Shown here: positions 17,597 to 27,197 of the stretch, piece by piece | Layout: each line of letters begins with the position of its first letter | Numbering within the stretch: the first letter of the stretch is position 1 | Source: Syntrophales bacterium | GTDB lineage: Bacteria > Desulfobacterota > Syntrophia > Syntrophales > UBA2210 | Length of the DNA: 64,000 bases | Reading direction: 5' to 3' | Assembly: GCA_963662405.2 (NCBI GenBank) | Contig: CAXXKT010000002.1 | Span: forward strand, 32,001 to 96,000 | The notes under the pieces: generated by a model | What the model saw: the letters and a program-made list of their open reading frames with translations, nothing else | Told to the model about the DNA's origin: nothing | Database searches by the model: none | Translations under genes and position numbers: made by a program

Positions 17597-19048
17597 TTAC
17601 CTGGGCGAATTCATTCTCGGCACCTTAAAATCGTTCTTGTTGAGGTCGTAGCGGTTCAACAGCTTGGAGAGCTGGCGGGTGGTAATCCCTGCCCTCCGCG
17701 CGGTGGCACTGATGCTTCCGCGTTCCTCAGCAAGGATCTCCTTCAGGTAGAGACGTTCCACCTGTTCGACCCCCGCCTGTCTGAGCTCCTTGAGGGTCAG
17801 CGAGGAGTCGATCCGGATCCCCCCCGCACCGGCCTCGTTTTCAAAGAGTTCACCCGGGAAACTCTCGGGGTTCAGGACCGATGATTGCTCGATAATATGA
17901 GCCCGTTCGATTAGGTTCTGAAGCTCACGTATATTCCCCGGCCATGAGTAGCGCATGAACGCCTGCAGTACATCGGGATGGATGTCACGGATTTCCTTCT
18001 TTGAAAACTGATTCAGTTTTTTCAGGAATATCTCGACGAAGAGGCGTATATCCTCCCTGCGCTCCCGTAAGGAAGGGATCTCAATGGGAAAGACGTTCAG
18101 GCGATAGAAGAGATCTCTCCTGAATGTGCCGGCATCGGTCATCCTTTTCAGGTCCGTGTTTGTTGCGGCGATCGTCCGGACATCGGCATTGATTATCTCC
18201 TCACCACCTACCCGCTGAAAGAGCCCCTCCTGAAGGATCTGGAGGAGTTTGATCTGCGCGGCGGGGGTGATCGTTCCGATCTCGTCGAGGAAGATGGTCC
18301 CCCCCTTTGCGATTTCAAATTTTCCCAGTTGTCTCCTCACGGCGCCCGTAAATGAACCCTTTTCGTGCCCGAAGAGTTCACTCTCCAGGAGCGTTTCGGG
18401 AATTGCACCGCAGTGGAGACTGATGAAGGGACCGTCCTTTCGATTACTGTGCCGGTGGATCAGTTTTGCGAGAACGCTCTTGCCGGTCCCCGTGTCGCCG
18501 CTGATCAGAACGGTGCTGTTGGTGGACGCGACCAGCCGGGCCTTCTCGAAAACCTGTTTCATCGCCGGGCTTCTCGTCTGGACCAGTTCGAGCGAGTCCC
18601 CTTCCCAGAACTTGTCCCGAAGATATTCAAACTCAGACTGCATGACAATCGACTCATAGATGCTGTCCGCGACGTATTTCACTTCATCGGGATCGAGTGG
18701 GTAGGTCAGATAGTTGCTTGCCCCGGCCTTGACCGCCATGACGGCTTCCCTGATCGTCTCCGGGGGCGACATGACGATTATCTCCACATCGGGGGCGGCG
18801 AGCCAGAAGGGTTGGAGCGCTGTTTTGTATCCGTTTCCTCCTGTTCGGCTTCGGAGAATAGCGAGATCGATAAAGAGAAAATCGTAATGCCGATCGCGGA
18901 GCAGTTCTATGGCTATATCGAGATTGGCAGCCTCGTCAATCACCTTTCTCTCGCGAAAACCGGTACACACTGTCTGAAAAGCAGATCGATCCGGCGCGAT
19001 TACAAGGGCAGTACGCGATGTTTTAGGTCGATTTCGGAATGATCCCAC
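17597..19048 (-). CDS. sigma54-dependent enhancer-binding regulator (receiver-like, AAA+, Fis-type HTH)
   Basis: GDTGTGKS, ESELFGHEKGSFTGA, FLDEIG, FRRDLFYRLNV, WPGNIREL. Confidence 0.95.
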   Translation of the reverse strand: MGSFRNRPKTSRTALVIAPDRSAFQTVCTGFRERKVIDEAANLDIAIELLRDRHYDFLFIDLAILRSRTGGNGYKTALQPFWLAAPDVEIIVMSPPETIREAVMAVKAGASNYLTYPLDPDEVKYVADSIYESIVMQSEFEYLRDKFWEGDSLELVQTRSPAMKQVFEKARLVASTNSTVLISGDTGTGKSVLAKLIHRHSNRKDGPFISLHCGAIPETLLESELFGHEKGSFTGAVRRQLGKFEIAKGGTIFLDEIGTITPAAQIKLLQILQEGLFQRVGGEEIINADVRTIAATNTDLKRMTDAGTFRRDLFYRLNVFPIEIPSLRERREDIRLFVEIFLKKLNQFSKKEIRDIHPDVLQAFMRYSWPGNIRELQNLIERAHIIEQSSVLNPESFPGELFENEAGAGGIRIDSSLTLKELRQAGVEQVERLYLKEILAEERGSISATARRAGITTRQLSKLLNRYDLNKNDFKVPRMNSPR

Positions 19049-19272
19049 CCCTCAGAGTATCCTCCCTTCGATTAAGCAATTTCCGCATATGTATCATGAC
19101 TCCCAATCCGGAAACCGTATTTTTTCTCTTTATTCCTGTTTTCATAATGATTCAAGTCTTTTCACACCCCCTTCAAGAAGAACAGGAAACGTACTTCTTG
19201 ACATATAACCTCAATGGAGTTAATCCCTTTGGCAAGCTAAACAATTAATTCTTCTGAAAAGGAGCTTGAATC

Positions 19273-19584
19273 ATGTCAAAATCACGTATCGTAATGTACA
19301 TTCTTACAGGTCTGTTGGTGGCCTTTTTCCTCGGCTGTGCCTCAACACCCCAAACGGAAAGCACCGGAGAGTACATCGATGATACGGTAATCACCACCAA
19401 GGTTAAAGCCCTGCTTGCCAAGGATGACGTGTTGAAATCATTTCAGATCGGTGTCGAAACCTTCAAAGGAGTTGTCCAACTGAGCGGTTTTGTCAACGCT
19501 GAAAAGACCCGTGAAAAGGCGAGGGCCATTGCCGGGACCGTCAAAGGAGTCAAATCCGTCAAAAACGACCTGATCATAAAATAG
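19273..19584 (+). CDS. BON-domain (OsmY-like) lipoprotein
   Basis: FLGC lipobox, DDTVITTKVKA, VETFKGVVQLSGFV, GVKSVKNDL. Confidence 0.92.
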   Translation: MSKSRIVMYILTGLLVAFFLGCASTPQTESTGEYIDDTVITTKVKALLAKDDVLKSFQIGVETFKGVVQLSGFVNAEKTREKARAIAGTVKGVKSVKNDLIIK

Positions 19585-19755
19585 GATTTCCCCTTTTGCA
19601 GACAGGGGACAAGGCATTTAAAATGCGAGACGGTAGCAGTCCCTTTGCTCCTATTACATGAGGGAGGTGACGACCCTTTGTTCAGGCGGTATGTCGTTGC
19701 GTTGGTACTTTCATAGCCAGATTCCATGTTCGAATTCAGACCATACGGGGGCACA

Positions 19756-20775
19756 ATGGAGAGCCAATACGAGAGAATAAATAACGCCTGTCTCCTCATC
19801 TTGGCGGCGACGGCCGTCACAGTGGCATTGATCTATACGAAATCAATACTGATTCCCTTCGTTATTGCCTTCTTCATCTACGCGATCCTCTCCCCCATCA
19901 TAGAAGGATTGAACACAAAACTGAAATGGCCGCGTGCCCTGGTCATTATATTCGTCACCACGATATTCCTTATCTTCACCGCCCTGATCGGGATATTTAT
20001 CGTCAATTCCCTGAACGATTTTTTCAAGGACGCGGCGCAGTATAAAGAACGGATTGTTGAATCCGTGGCATGGGTTCGGGCCACCGCGGAGGGATTCGGC
20101 TATCGAATACAGGATATCTCGATTGAGAATGCCGTCAAAAAACTCCCTTTCTTTTCTGTGGCGGGAAACATCACTCTGGCAGCCGGTTCCTTCCTCGGGA
20201 ACCTATTCCTGGTCATCGTCTTTGTCTTTTTCTTTCTCCTCGGAGAAACAGTCTCGATGACGGATGACAACCAATTGATCTCTCAGATGAAACACAACAT
20301 ATCACGGTACGTCGCCACCAAGTTTCTGACCTCTCTCGTCACCGGTATATTTGTCTTTATCCTTCTCGTCTCATTCCGTGTCGAGATGGCTTTTCTTTTC
20401 GGTGTGCTGACCGTCCTCTTCAATTTCATTCCCACGATCGGCTCCATTATCGCCACGGGACTCCCCGTCCCGGTCATTCTTCTCCAGTTCGGCTTCGGCT
20501 GGCAGTTGTGGGCCGTCCTGGCCGTCTCGATGGTGATCCAGATCGCGATCGGAAACGTGATCGAGCCCAAACTGATGGGGGAACGCATGGACCTGCACCC
20601 CATCACCGTCCTCCTCTTTCTGATGTTCTGGGGTCTCGTCTGGGGTCTGCCGGGAATGTTCCTGGCCGTTCCCATCACCGCCGTCCTCAAGATCGTCCTG
20701 AGCCGGATAGAGACGACACAGACCCTTGCGGAACTGATGGCGGGTAGGATTGGGGAGAATAAAGCGGCGCAGTGA
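19756..20775 (+). CDS. AI-2E family transporter
   Basis: Multiple TM segments, FNFIPTIGS, GNVIEPKLMG..LHP, GMFLAVPITA. Confidence 0.92.
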   Translation: MESQYERINNACLLILAATAVTVALIYTKSILIPFVIAFFIYAILSPIIEGLNTKLKWPRALVIIFVTTIFLIFTALIGIFIVNSLNDFFKDAAQYKERIVESVAWVRATAEGFGYRIQDISIENAVKKLPFFSVAGNITLAAGSFLGNLFLVIVFVFFFLLGETVSMTDDNQLISQMKHNISRYVATKFLTSLVTGIFVFILLVSFRVEMAFLFGVLTVLFNFIPTIGSIIATGLPVPVILLQFGFGWQLWAVLAVSMVIQIAIGNVIEPKLMGERMDLHPITVLLFLMFWGLVWGLPGMFLAVPITAVLKIVLSRIETTQTLAELMAGRIGENKAAQ

Positions 20776-20981
20776 AGGGAACAGGGGTCACGGATATAGG
20801 CTAAAACCGGTTAATTATCGGATATTATACGGATCATCATAAAATTCTGCAGATAGACTGTTGTATTTCTAATATTCGATTTAATACCAAAATCTTATGT
20901 CATATTGACCTTTCCCCCATAAACTATGCCATGTTCAAATTGAGTCTATCCTGATAAAAGGCATAATAGGAGGACTCAGGA

Positions 20982-21248
20982 GTGAAGCGCAAACGATTTG
21001 CAACGGAACAGATTATCAAAATTCTCAAAGAGGCTGAGCTGGGTATCAAGATTACGGAACTGTGTAGAAAGCATGGCATATCCGAACAAACCTTTTACAA
21101 CTGGCGGAACAAGTACGGCAGCATGGATATAAGCGAGGCAAAACGCCTGAAGCTCATCGAAGTTGAGAATCGCCGCCTCAAACGCCTGGTAGCCGATCTG
21201 CGCCTCGACAAGCAGGTATTAAAGGACCTCCTTGAAAAAAACTTCTAA
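20982..21248 (+). CDS. IS3 OrfA
   Basis: RFATEQIIKILKE, ELCRKHGISEQTFYNWRNKY, ENRRLKRLVA; A7 slippery run GAAAAAAAC at its end. Confidence 0.92.
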   Translation: MKRKRFATEQIIKILKEAELGIKITELCRKHGISEQTFYNWRNKYGSMDISEAKRLKLIEVENRRLKRLVADLRLDKQVLKDLLEKNF

Positions 21249-22113
21249 CGCCCACGGCGAAGAGAGGAGCGAGAGATTATATTATCTCCCACTTTGGGTT
21301 GAGCATGAGGAAGGCCTGTAGACTGATAGGGCTCAATCGATCCACGAGCCAGTACCAACCGGTAGCGAGCAAAGAGGAGAAACTCACGACGCGAATGAAA
21401 ACTCTGGCATATAAACATAAACGCTACGGAAGCCCCCGGCTGCATGTATTGTTGAAGAAAGAAGGACTCGTTGTCAACCACAAGAGGACCGAACGAATCT
21501 ACCGGCAAGAAGGATTATCACTACGGGTGCGCACAAAGAAGAAACGGGTGATGCCTGTGCGCGGTACCATGCACTGGGCATCGGGGCCACAGGATGTATG
21601 GTCCGTAGACTTCGTGTCTGATTCTCTTTCGGATGGAAGGAGATTTCGGATATTGACAATCATCGATGATTTTACCCGAGAGTCTCCCGGAATCCTGGTT
21701 GCACGATCCATCTCTTCGAGAAGAGTCACTAGCTTCATTGATCAGATTGCTTTATATCGTGGCTATCCCAACCGCATCAGGGTGGACAACGGTCCCAGTT
21801 CGCCAGCGCCTGGTTTCATGCTTGGTCGGAGAAACAAAACATCACCGTTGAGCATACCCGTCCTGGGAAACCCTCTGACAAGGCCTTCATTGAGAGTTTT
21901 AACGGGAAGATCAGAGATGAAAGCCTTAACGAACATTGGTTTCTTTCTATCCCTGATGCTCAGTCCAGGATTGAACAGTGGAGGAATGAGTACAACAAAG
22001 AACGACCCCATAGCTCATTGAATAACCTGACTCCCTATGAGTTTATAAAAGAACATGATATGAAAACCATTAGCAAGAAACTCAATTTACCCTTGGCCTA
22101 TATAATGGGGTAA
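21245..22113 (+). pseudogene. IS3 OrfB (DDE) with a 1-nt deletion near 21796
   Basis: WSVDFVSD, IIDDFTRE, then DNGP-[E missing a G]-F; PGKP..AFIESFNGKIRDE..RPHSSL continues in another frame. Confidence 0.85.
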
Positions 22114-22179
22114 GGTCAATATCTATGAAGTCTTATCGAGGTGTTTTATACGGCAAATCCGCCGGGTTAAGGTTTTTAT

Positions 22180-22207
22180 CAGGATCCAGATAAACATTGT
22201 TATGTGC
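22180..22207 (+). other. attI-like recombination site at the 5' edge of the cassette
   Basis: gataaacattG|TTATGTG; GTTATGTG is the exact reverse complement of CACATAAC at the cassette 3' end. Confidence 0.55.
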
Positions 22208-22266
22208 TTTTGATATCGGTTGATGGTTTAAAAAATTTGTAACTTATTGTTGCCAAGGATTCTATT

Positions 22267-22995
22267 GTGAACAGGTCTGATCTAAAAGTAGTTAATATTC
22301 CAACCATTTTATGGGGAGATAAATCAGAAAAGATATTTGTTGCCATACACGGGAATATGTCCAATAAGGCTGATGACGTAATAATTGTCTTTGCAGAAGA
22401 AGCGGTTAAAGCAGGATATCAAGTTTTGAGCTTTGATTTACCGAAACATGGAGATCGTAAAAGTGAAACGACACTCTGCAAGGTTCAAAATTGCGTGGAA
22501 GATCTTAATACAATAATGAAATACTCAAAATCTCTATCAAATAATGTGAGTGTATTTGGATGCAGCATAGGAGCATACTTCAGCCTTTTGGCATATATGC
22601 ATGAGAAATTGCGGCAAGCAATGTTCCTGTCTCCAGTGGTTAATATGGAGTCTGTTATAATCAACATGATGAAATGGTTTGATATTACAGAAGAAAAACT
22701 TATGAAAGAAAAAGAGATAGTAACACCCATAGGTGAAGTACTTTATTGGGATTATTATTCATATGTGAAAAAACATCCCATTGCTGAATGGAAAATTCCT
22801 ACATCGATCTTGTATGGTTCTGAAGATAATTTGACAGATTTTATTACTATTTCTTCATTTTCAAATCAGTTTAAATCCGATCTGGAAGTTTTAGAAAATG
22901 GAGAACATTACTTTCACACAGAGGAACAGTTATCGTCTTTTAGGCGATGGGTAAATGATAAATTAATGGTTAGAGAATCTACATATCACACATAA
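22267..22995 (+). CDS. Alpha/beta hydrolase (integron gene cassette)
   Basis: IHGN, GCSIG nucleophile elbow, ILYGSED, GEHYF; AT-rich; stop TAA lies inside the attC R'' box. Confidence 0.88.
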   Translation: MNRSDLKVVNIPTILWGDKSEKIFVAIHGNMSNKADDVIIVFAEEAVKAGYQVLSFDLPKHGDRKSETTLCKVQNCVEDLNTIMKYSKSLSNNVSVFGCSIGAYFSLLAYMHEKLRQAMFLSPVVNMESVIINMMKWFDITEEKLMKEKEIVTPIGEVLYWDYYSYVKKHPIAEWKIPTSILYGSEDNLTDFITISSFSNQFKSDLEVLENGEHYFHTEEQLSSFRRWVNDKLMVRESTYHT

Positions 22996-23085
22996 CAAAT
23001 GCATAAACTCGGACCTTTCTCGCGCCGTTTCGTTCGCTTCGCTCTCTACTCTCTGCGAAAAAGGCCGGTTATGCTGGTGTTCAGC
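22990..23085 (+). other. Integron attC site
   Basis: R'' ACATAAC, L'' GCATAAAC, inner stem cggaccttt..cgc/gcg..aaaggccg, L' GGTTATGC, R' GTT at 23079. Confidence 0.8.
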
Positions 23086-23324
23086 GGACGCTGCCCTAAG
23101 CTGCTTCGGTCGGCGCGTAGCGCCTCCCGAACCAGCGGATGGACTTGTCCCCCTTGAGGCAGGTCATCCGACGCATGTTCTTCTCTAAAACAGACAGATC
23201 GCATAAACACGCAATTGATTTTTCTCTAATCAATCAAATCTTTGCCCCGAATATCATTGACAAATTAAGCCGGAAGTGGTTTTAATCCCTGAGATAAATC
23301 TTTTCCTGTCTCCATAAAGCAAAG

Positions 23325-25775
23325 GTGCGCGTGATGGAAGCTGTCCTGAAGGTCCTGAACAAGATTGAAAACCCGCTGATCTTTCTGTCGAGGGATTCGT
23401 ACAAGAACCTCCCGATCGTCAGGGATCTTGAACGGACGATGTCGGGTTTCATCAGCGAGTTGATGATGGCTTTTTCGGAGAACGCGATTTCGAATTCTGA
23501 AAAAACGATTATCGAACTCCAAAAGGTCTTCAAGGGCTTCGATGTGCTTCCTGTGCCGGACCGCAAGCGGCGGATCGACGCGGCCCTCGTCTATATACGG
23601 GAGCTGAAAAACCTCTGCGCCGAACCGGCCCAGCCATCTCCCTCCGTAATGGCTCTTCACGACCCGGAGGACCGGGCCGCCTGTTTTAAGAAGCTGGCGC
23701 TCGATGTCCAGTACCTCAAGGGGGTCGGCCCGAAGGTCTCTGCGCTCCTCGGCCGTAAGGGGCTGAAGAACGTTGAAGATATGCTTTACTTTCTCCCCAG
23801 AAGATATGAAGATAGAAGGCATATTCAGACGATATCAGCCGTCGCCGTCGGCGTGCGCGAGACGGTGGTGGGGAGGGTAACGGATGTGGGCGTCAAACGT
23901 TACCGAACCCGGCGCGTTCTCGAGGTGACGATGGGAGACACAACCGGTCTCCTCACCGCAAAGTGGTTCCAGGGGAACTTTTCCTACCTCGCCAAACGGT
24001 TCAAGGCGGGGCAACAGGTCATCCTGACGGGGGAGGTGAAGGTCTTTCTCCACGGAAAGGAGATGCTCCACCCCGACTACGAGATACTGGACGATACCGA
24101 TGACGAGATGATCCACTTCAAACGGATTGTCCCCGTCTACTCCGAGACGGAAGGACTGCACCAGAAATCTATCAGGCGGATCATGATGCGGGTCGTCCAG
24201 GACTATGCGCTCTGTATTTCCAGCCCGATCCCGGAAGAGATCTGCCGAAGGAATCGCCTCGTCGACATCGGGCACGCGATCCGGAATGTCCATTTCCCCG
24301 ACCACGATCAGGATATTGATGCCCTCAATGATCTTTCTTCGCCGGCCCGTCGTCGTCTTGTCTTCGACGAGTTCTTCTTCTTTGAGTTGGGAATGGCCCT
24401 CAAACGGACGGGGCAGGTCTTCGAACAGGGGATCTCCTTTCCAACGGGGGGATCGCTGGTACAGAAATTTCACGATATCCTTTCCTTCGAGATGACCGGG
24501 GCGCAAAAGCGGGTTGTCGGGGAGATCGAGGCGGATATGGCACGCCCGCACCCGATGCACCGGCTCCTTCAGGGAGATGTGGGAAGCGGGAAGACGGTTG
24601 TTTCCATGGCCGCGATGGTGACCGCCTGCGAGGCGGGGTATCAGACGGCCATCATGGCCCCGACGGAAATCCTGACTGCCCAGCATTTCAAGAATATCAG
24701 CCGGTGGTCACAGGAACTGGGTATTGGAGTGGTCCTTCTCACCGGTAATATGAAAGCGGCCGAACGCAAGGAAGCCCTGACGAGGATCGAATCGGGAGAG
24801 ATCAGCATTGTCGTGGGGACCCATGCGATAATCCAAGAAGGGGTTGCCTTTAATCGGCTTGGCCTCGTCGTAATCGACGAACAGCACCGTTTCGGTGTTA
24901 TCCAGCGGGCCGCCCTCCGGGGGAAGGGAATCAATCCCGACGTGCTCGTCATGACGGCAACACCGATACCGCGGACCCTCGCCATGACGGTGTACGGTGA
25001 TCTCGATCTTTCCGTAATCGACGAGATGCCCCCCGGCAAGAAGCCCATCAAGACAAAAGTCTTTTATGAAAAGAGCCGAGAACAAGTCTACGAGATCATC
25101 CGTAAGGAGGTGAAGAAGGGGAATCAGGCCTTCATCGTCTACCCCCTCGTGGAGGAATCGGAGGCCCTTGACCTGAAGGACGCGACGAGCATGGCCGCAC
25201 ATCTTCAGAAGGATATCTTCCCCGAACTGCGCGTGGGACTGGTACACGGGAGGATGAAAGGAACAGAGAAAGACGCGATCATGGCCGATTTCAAGGAACG
25301 CGCCCTGGATATCCTGGTCTCCACGACCGTGATCGAGGTGGGGATCGATATCCCGACGGCTTCGCTGATGGTCGTAGAGCACGCGGAACGGTTCGGCCTA
25401 TCGCAGCTGCACCAGCTCAGGGGAAGGGTGGGGCGGAGTGATCTGCGTTCCTATTGCATCCTGGTCGCCCAGCACCGCGGAAGCGCGGACGCACGAAAAC
25501 GGCTCCGCGTGATGGAAGAGACGAACGACGGCTTTCGAATCGCGGAGGAGGATCTCCTGATCCGCGGCCCCGGCGAATTCATGGGGACCAGGCAGTCCGG
25601 GCTCCCGGATTTCAGGGTCGCGAGCATCTTGAGGGATGCCACAACGCTCAACGAGGCGCGCCAGGAGGCCTTTCTTCTGGTGGAGAGGGATCGGGGCCTC
25701 GAAAGGCATCAAGACCTCAAAGAGACGCTTCTGAGGCGCTGGGAGCACCGTCTCGAAATCGCCAAGACGGGATAA
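23325..25775 (+). CDS. recG: ATP-dependent DNA helicase RecG
   Basis: LKGVGPK, RLLQGDVGSGKT, DEQHRFG, MTATPIPRTL, QLHQLRGRVGR, RGPGEFMGTRQSG. Confidence 0.98.
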   Translation: MRVMEAVLKVLNKIENPLIFLSRDSYKNLPIVRDLERTMSGFISELMMAFSENAISNSEKTIIELQKVFKGFDVLPVPDRKRRIDAALVYIRELKNLCAEPAQPSPSVMALHDPEDRAACFKKLALDVQYLKGVGPKVSALLGRKGLKNVEDMLYFLPRRYEDRRHIQTISAVAVGVRETVVGRVTDVGVKRYRTRRVLEVTMGDTTGLLTAKWFQGNFSYLAKRFKAGQQVILTGEVKVFLHGKEMLHPDYEILDDTDDEMIHFKRIVPVYSETEGLHQKSIRRIMMRVVQDYALCISSPIPEEICRRNRLVDIGHAIRNVHFPDHDQDIDALNDLSSPARRRLVFDEFFFFELGMALKRTGQVFEQGISFPTGGSLVQKFHDILSFEMTGAQKRVVGEIEADMARPHPMHRLLQGDVGSGKTVVSMAAMVTACEAGYQTAIMAPTEILTAQHFKNISRWSQELGIGVVLLTGNMKAAERKEALTRIESGEISIVVGTHAIIQEGVAFNRLGLVVIDEQHRFGVIQRAALRGKGINPDVLVMTATPIPRTLAMTVYGDLDLSVIDEMPPGKKPIKTKVFYEKSREQVYEIIRKEVKKGNQAFIVYPLVEESEALDLKDATSMAAHLQKDIFPELRVGLVHGRMKGTEKDAIMADFKERALDILVSTTVIEVGIDIPTASLMVVEHAERFGLSQLHQLRGRVGRSDLRSYCILVAQHRGSADARKRLRVMEETNDGFRIAEEDLLIRGPGEFMGTRQSGLPDFRVASILRDATTLNEARQEAFLLVERDRGLERHQDLKETLLRRWEHRLEIAKTG

Positions 25776-25865
25776 ATCCTGAACTTTAACCTTGAAACTT
25801 TTCCCCAACTGTTATAGCAGTCTGCTATCAGAAGCTAATGTCAGCAGACGGAAGGGATTATCGGC

Positions 25866-27197
25866 GTGGGCAAGGATATATCGATTGGTTTGATCGGGTT
25901 CGGTACCATCGGTACCGGCGTTGTGAAGTTACTGCAGGAAAACAGCGAACTCATACGAAAACGTCTGGGTGCTCGGCTGGTTATCAAGAAGATTGCCGAT
26001 ATCGATATCACAACGCCGCGGCCGGTCACGGTTGATCGTAAGATTCTCACGACGGACGTGCGTGAGGTCTTGGAAGATCCGGAGATTTCCATTGTCGTCG
26101 AGTTGGTGGGAGGTTACACCTATGCAAAGAAAATTGTCCTGGATGCGATTCGGGGGGGGAAACACCTCGTTACCGCCAACAAGGCGCTCATTGCCACCTT
26201 TGGGAATGAGGTGTTCGAGGCGGCCGACAGCGAAAAGGTAAATATCGGGTTCGAGGCGAGCGTCGGGGGGACGATTCCGATCATCAAGACACTGAAGGAG
26301 AGCTTGGCGGGAAACAACGTTGATTCTATCTTCGGGATTATGAACGGGACCTGCAACTATATCCTGACGAGGATGACCCGTGAGGGAGGAGATTTCGCTT
26401 CGGTTCTCAAAGAGGCGCAGGCCCTCGGATTTGCCGAGGCCGACCCGACCTACGATATCGAAGGTATCGACACCGCTCACAAGCTCGCGATCTGTTTGTC
26501 TCTCTCCTATGGCAAGCGCGTGGTGCTGGATGATATCTACCGTGAGGGGATCGCGCAGACAAGTCCCCTGGACATCGAATTTGCCGGTGATCTGGGGTAT
26601 ACCATTAAACTGCTCGCCATCGCGATTCGACGCGGGGAGGTCATAGAGGCACGGATACACCCGACTATGATCCCCTTCGACCACATCCTGGCCAGTGTGA
26701 ATGGAAACTTCAACGCCTTCCATTTGATGGGAGATGCCTCCGATTCGGTTTTCCTGTATGGCCAGGGGGCGGGGATGATGCCGACGGCGAGTGCCGTGGT
26801 GGGTGATCTGATCGATATAGCGCGGGACATCACGGCCGGGATCTGGAGGAGGGTCCCCCTGCGTTCCTACAAAAAAGAGCAGATCAATGATATCCAGCTT
26901 CTTCCGATGGATGATGTTCTTACGAACTACTACTTCAGATTCTCGGCGGTTGACCGTCCCGGCGTTCTCTCCAAGATAGCCGGTATCCTGGGAAAACACG
27001 ATATCAGTTTATCCTCGGTGATTCAGAAGGAAAACAAGCTCGAGGCGGAGGATAGAGGAGTACCCATTGTCGTCACGACCTATAAGGCACGGGAGAGAAA
27101 CGTCCGTACGGCGTTGGAAGAAATCGACAACACGCTTGAGGATGTCGTCTTCGGTAAGACGACGTGGATCAGGATAGAGGACCAAGCGCTGAGATGA
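25866..27197 (+). CDS. hom: Homoserine dehydrogenase with C-terminal ACT domain
   Basis: GFGTIG, VTANKAL, FEASVGG, NGTCNYIL, GFAEADPTYDIEGID, DRPGVL. Confidence 0.97.
   Translation: MGKDISIGLIGFGTIGTGVVKLLQENSELIRKRLGARLVIKKIADIDITTPRPVTVDRKILTTDVREVLEDPEISIVVELVGGYTYAKKIVLDAIRGGKHLVTANKALIATFGNEVFEAADSEKVNIGFEASVGGTIPIIKTLKESLAGNNVDSIFGIMNGTCNYILTRMTREGGDFASVLKEAQALGFAEADPTYDIEGIDTAHKLAICLSLSYGKRVVLDDIYREGIAQTSPLDIEFAGDLGYTIKLLAIAIRRGEVIEARIHPTMIPFDHILASVNGNFNAFHLMGDASDSVFLYGQGAGMMPTASAVVGDLIDIARDITAGIWRRVPLRSYKKEQINDIQLLPMDDVLTNYYFRFSAVDRPGVLSKIAGILGKHDISLSSVIQKENKLEAEDRGVPIVVTTYKARERNVRTALEEIDNTLEDVVFGKTTWIRIEDQALR

Larger units (their letters stand above)
20906..22118 (+). mobile_element. 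IS3-family insertion sequence (1213 bp), transposase frameshifted
   Basis: Ends TGACCTTTCCCCCAT.../...ATGGGGTAAGGTCA; 4-bp TSD ATAT (20902-20905, 22119-22122). Confidence 0.92.

Noticed and set aside
23097..23140. Second attC after the first
   Set aside because: A hairpin is present but lacks the RYYYAAC/GTTRRRY ends and an associated ORF.
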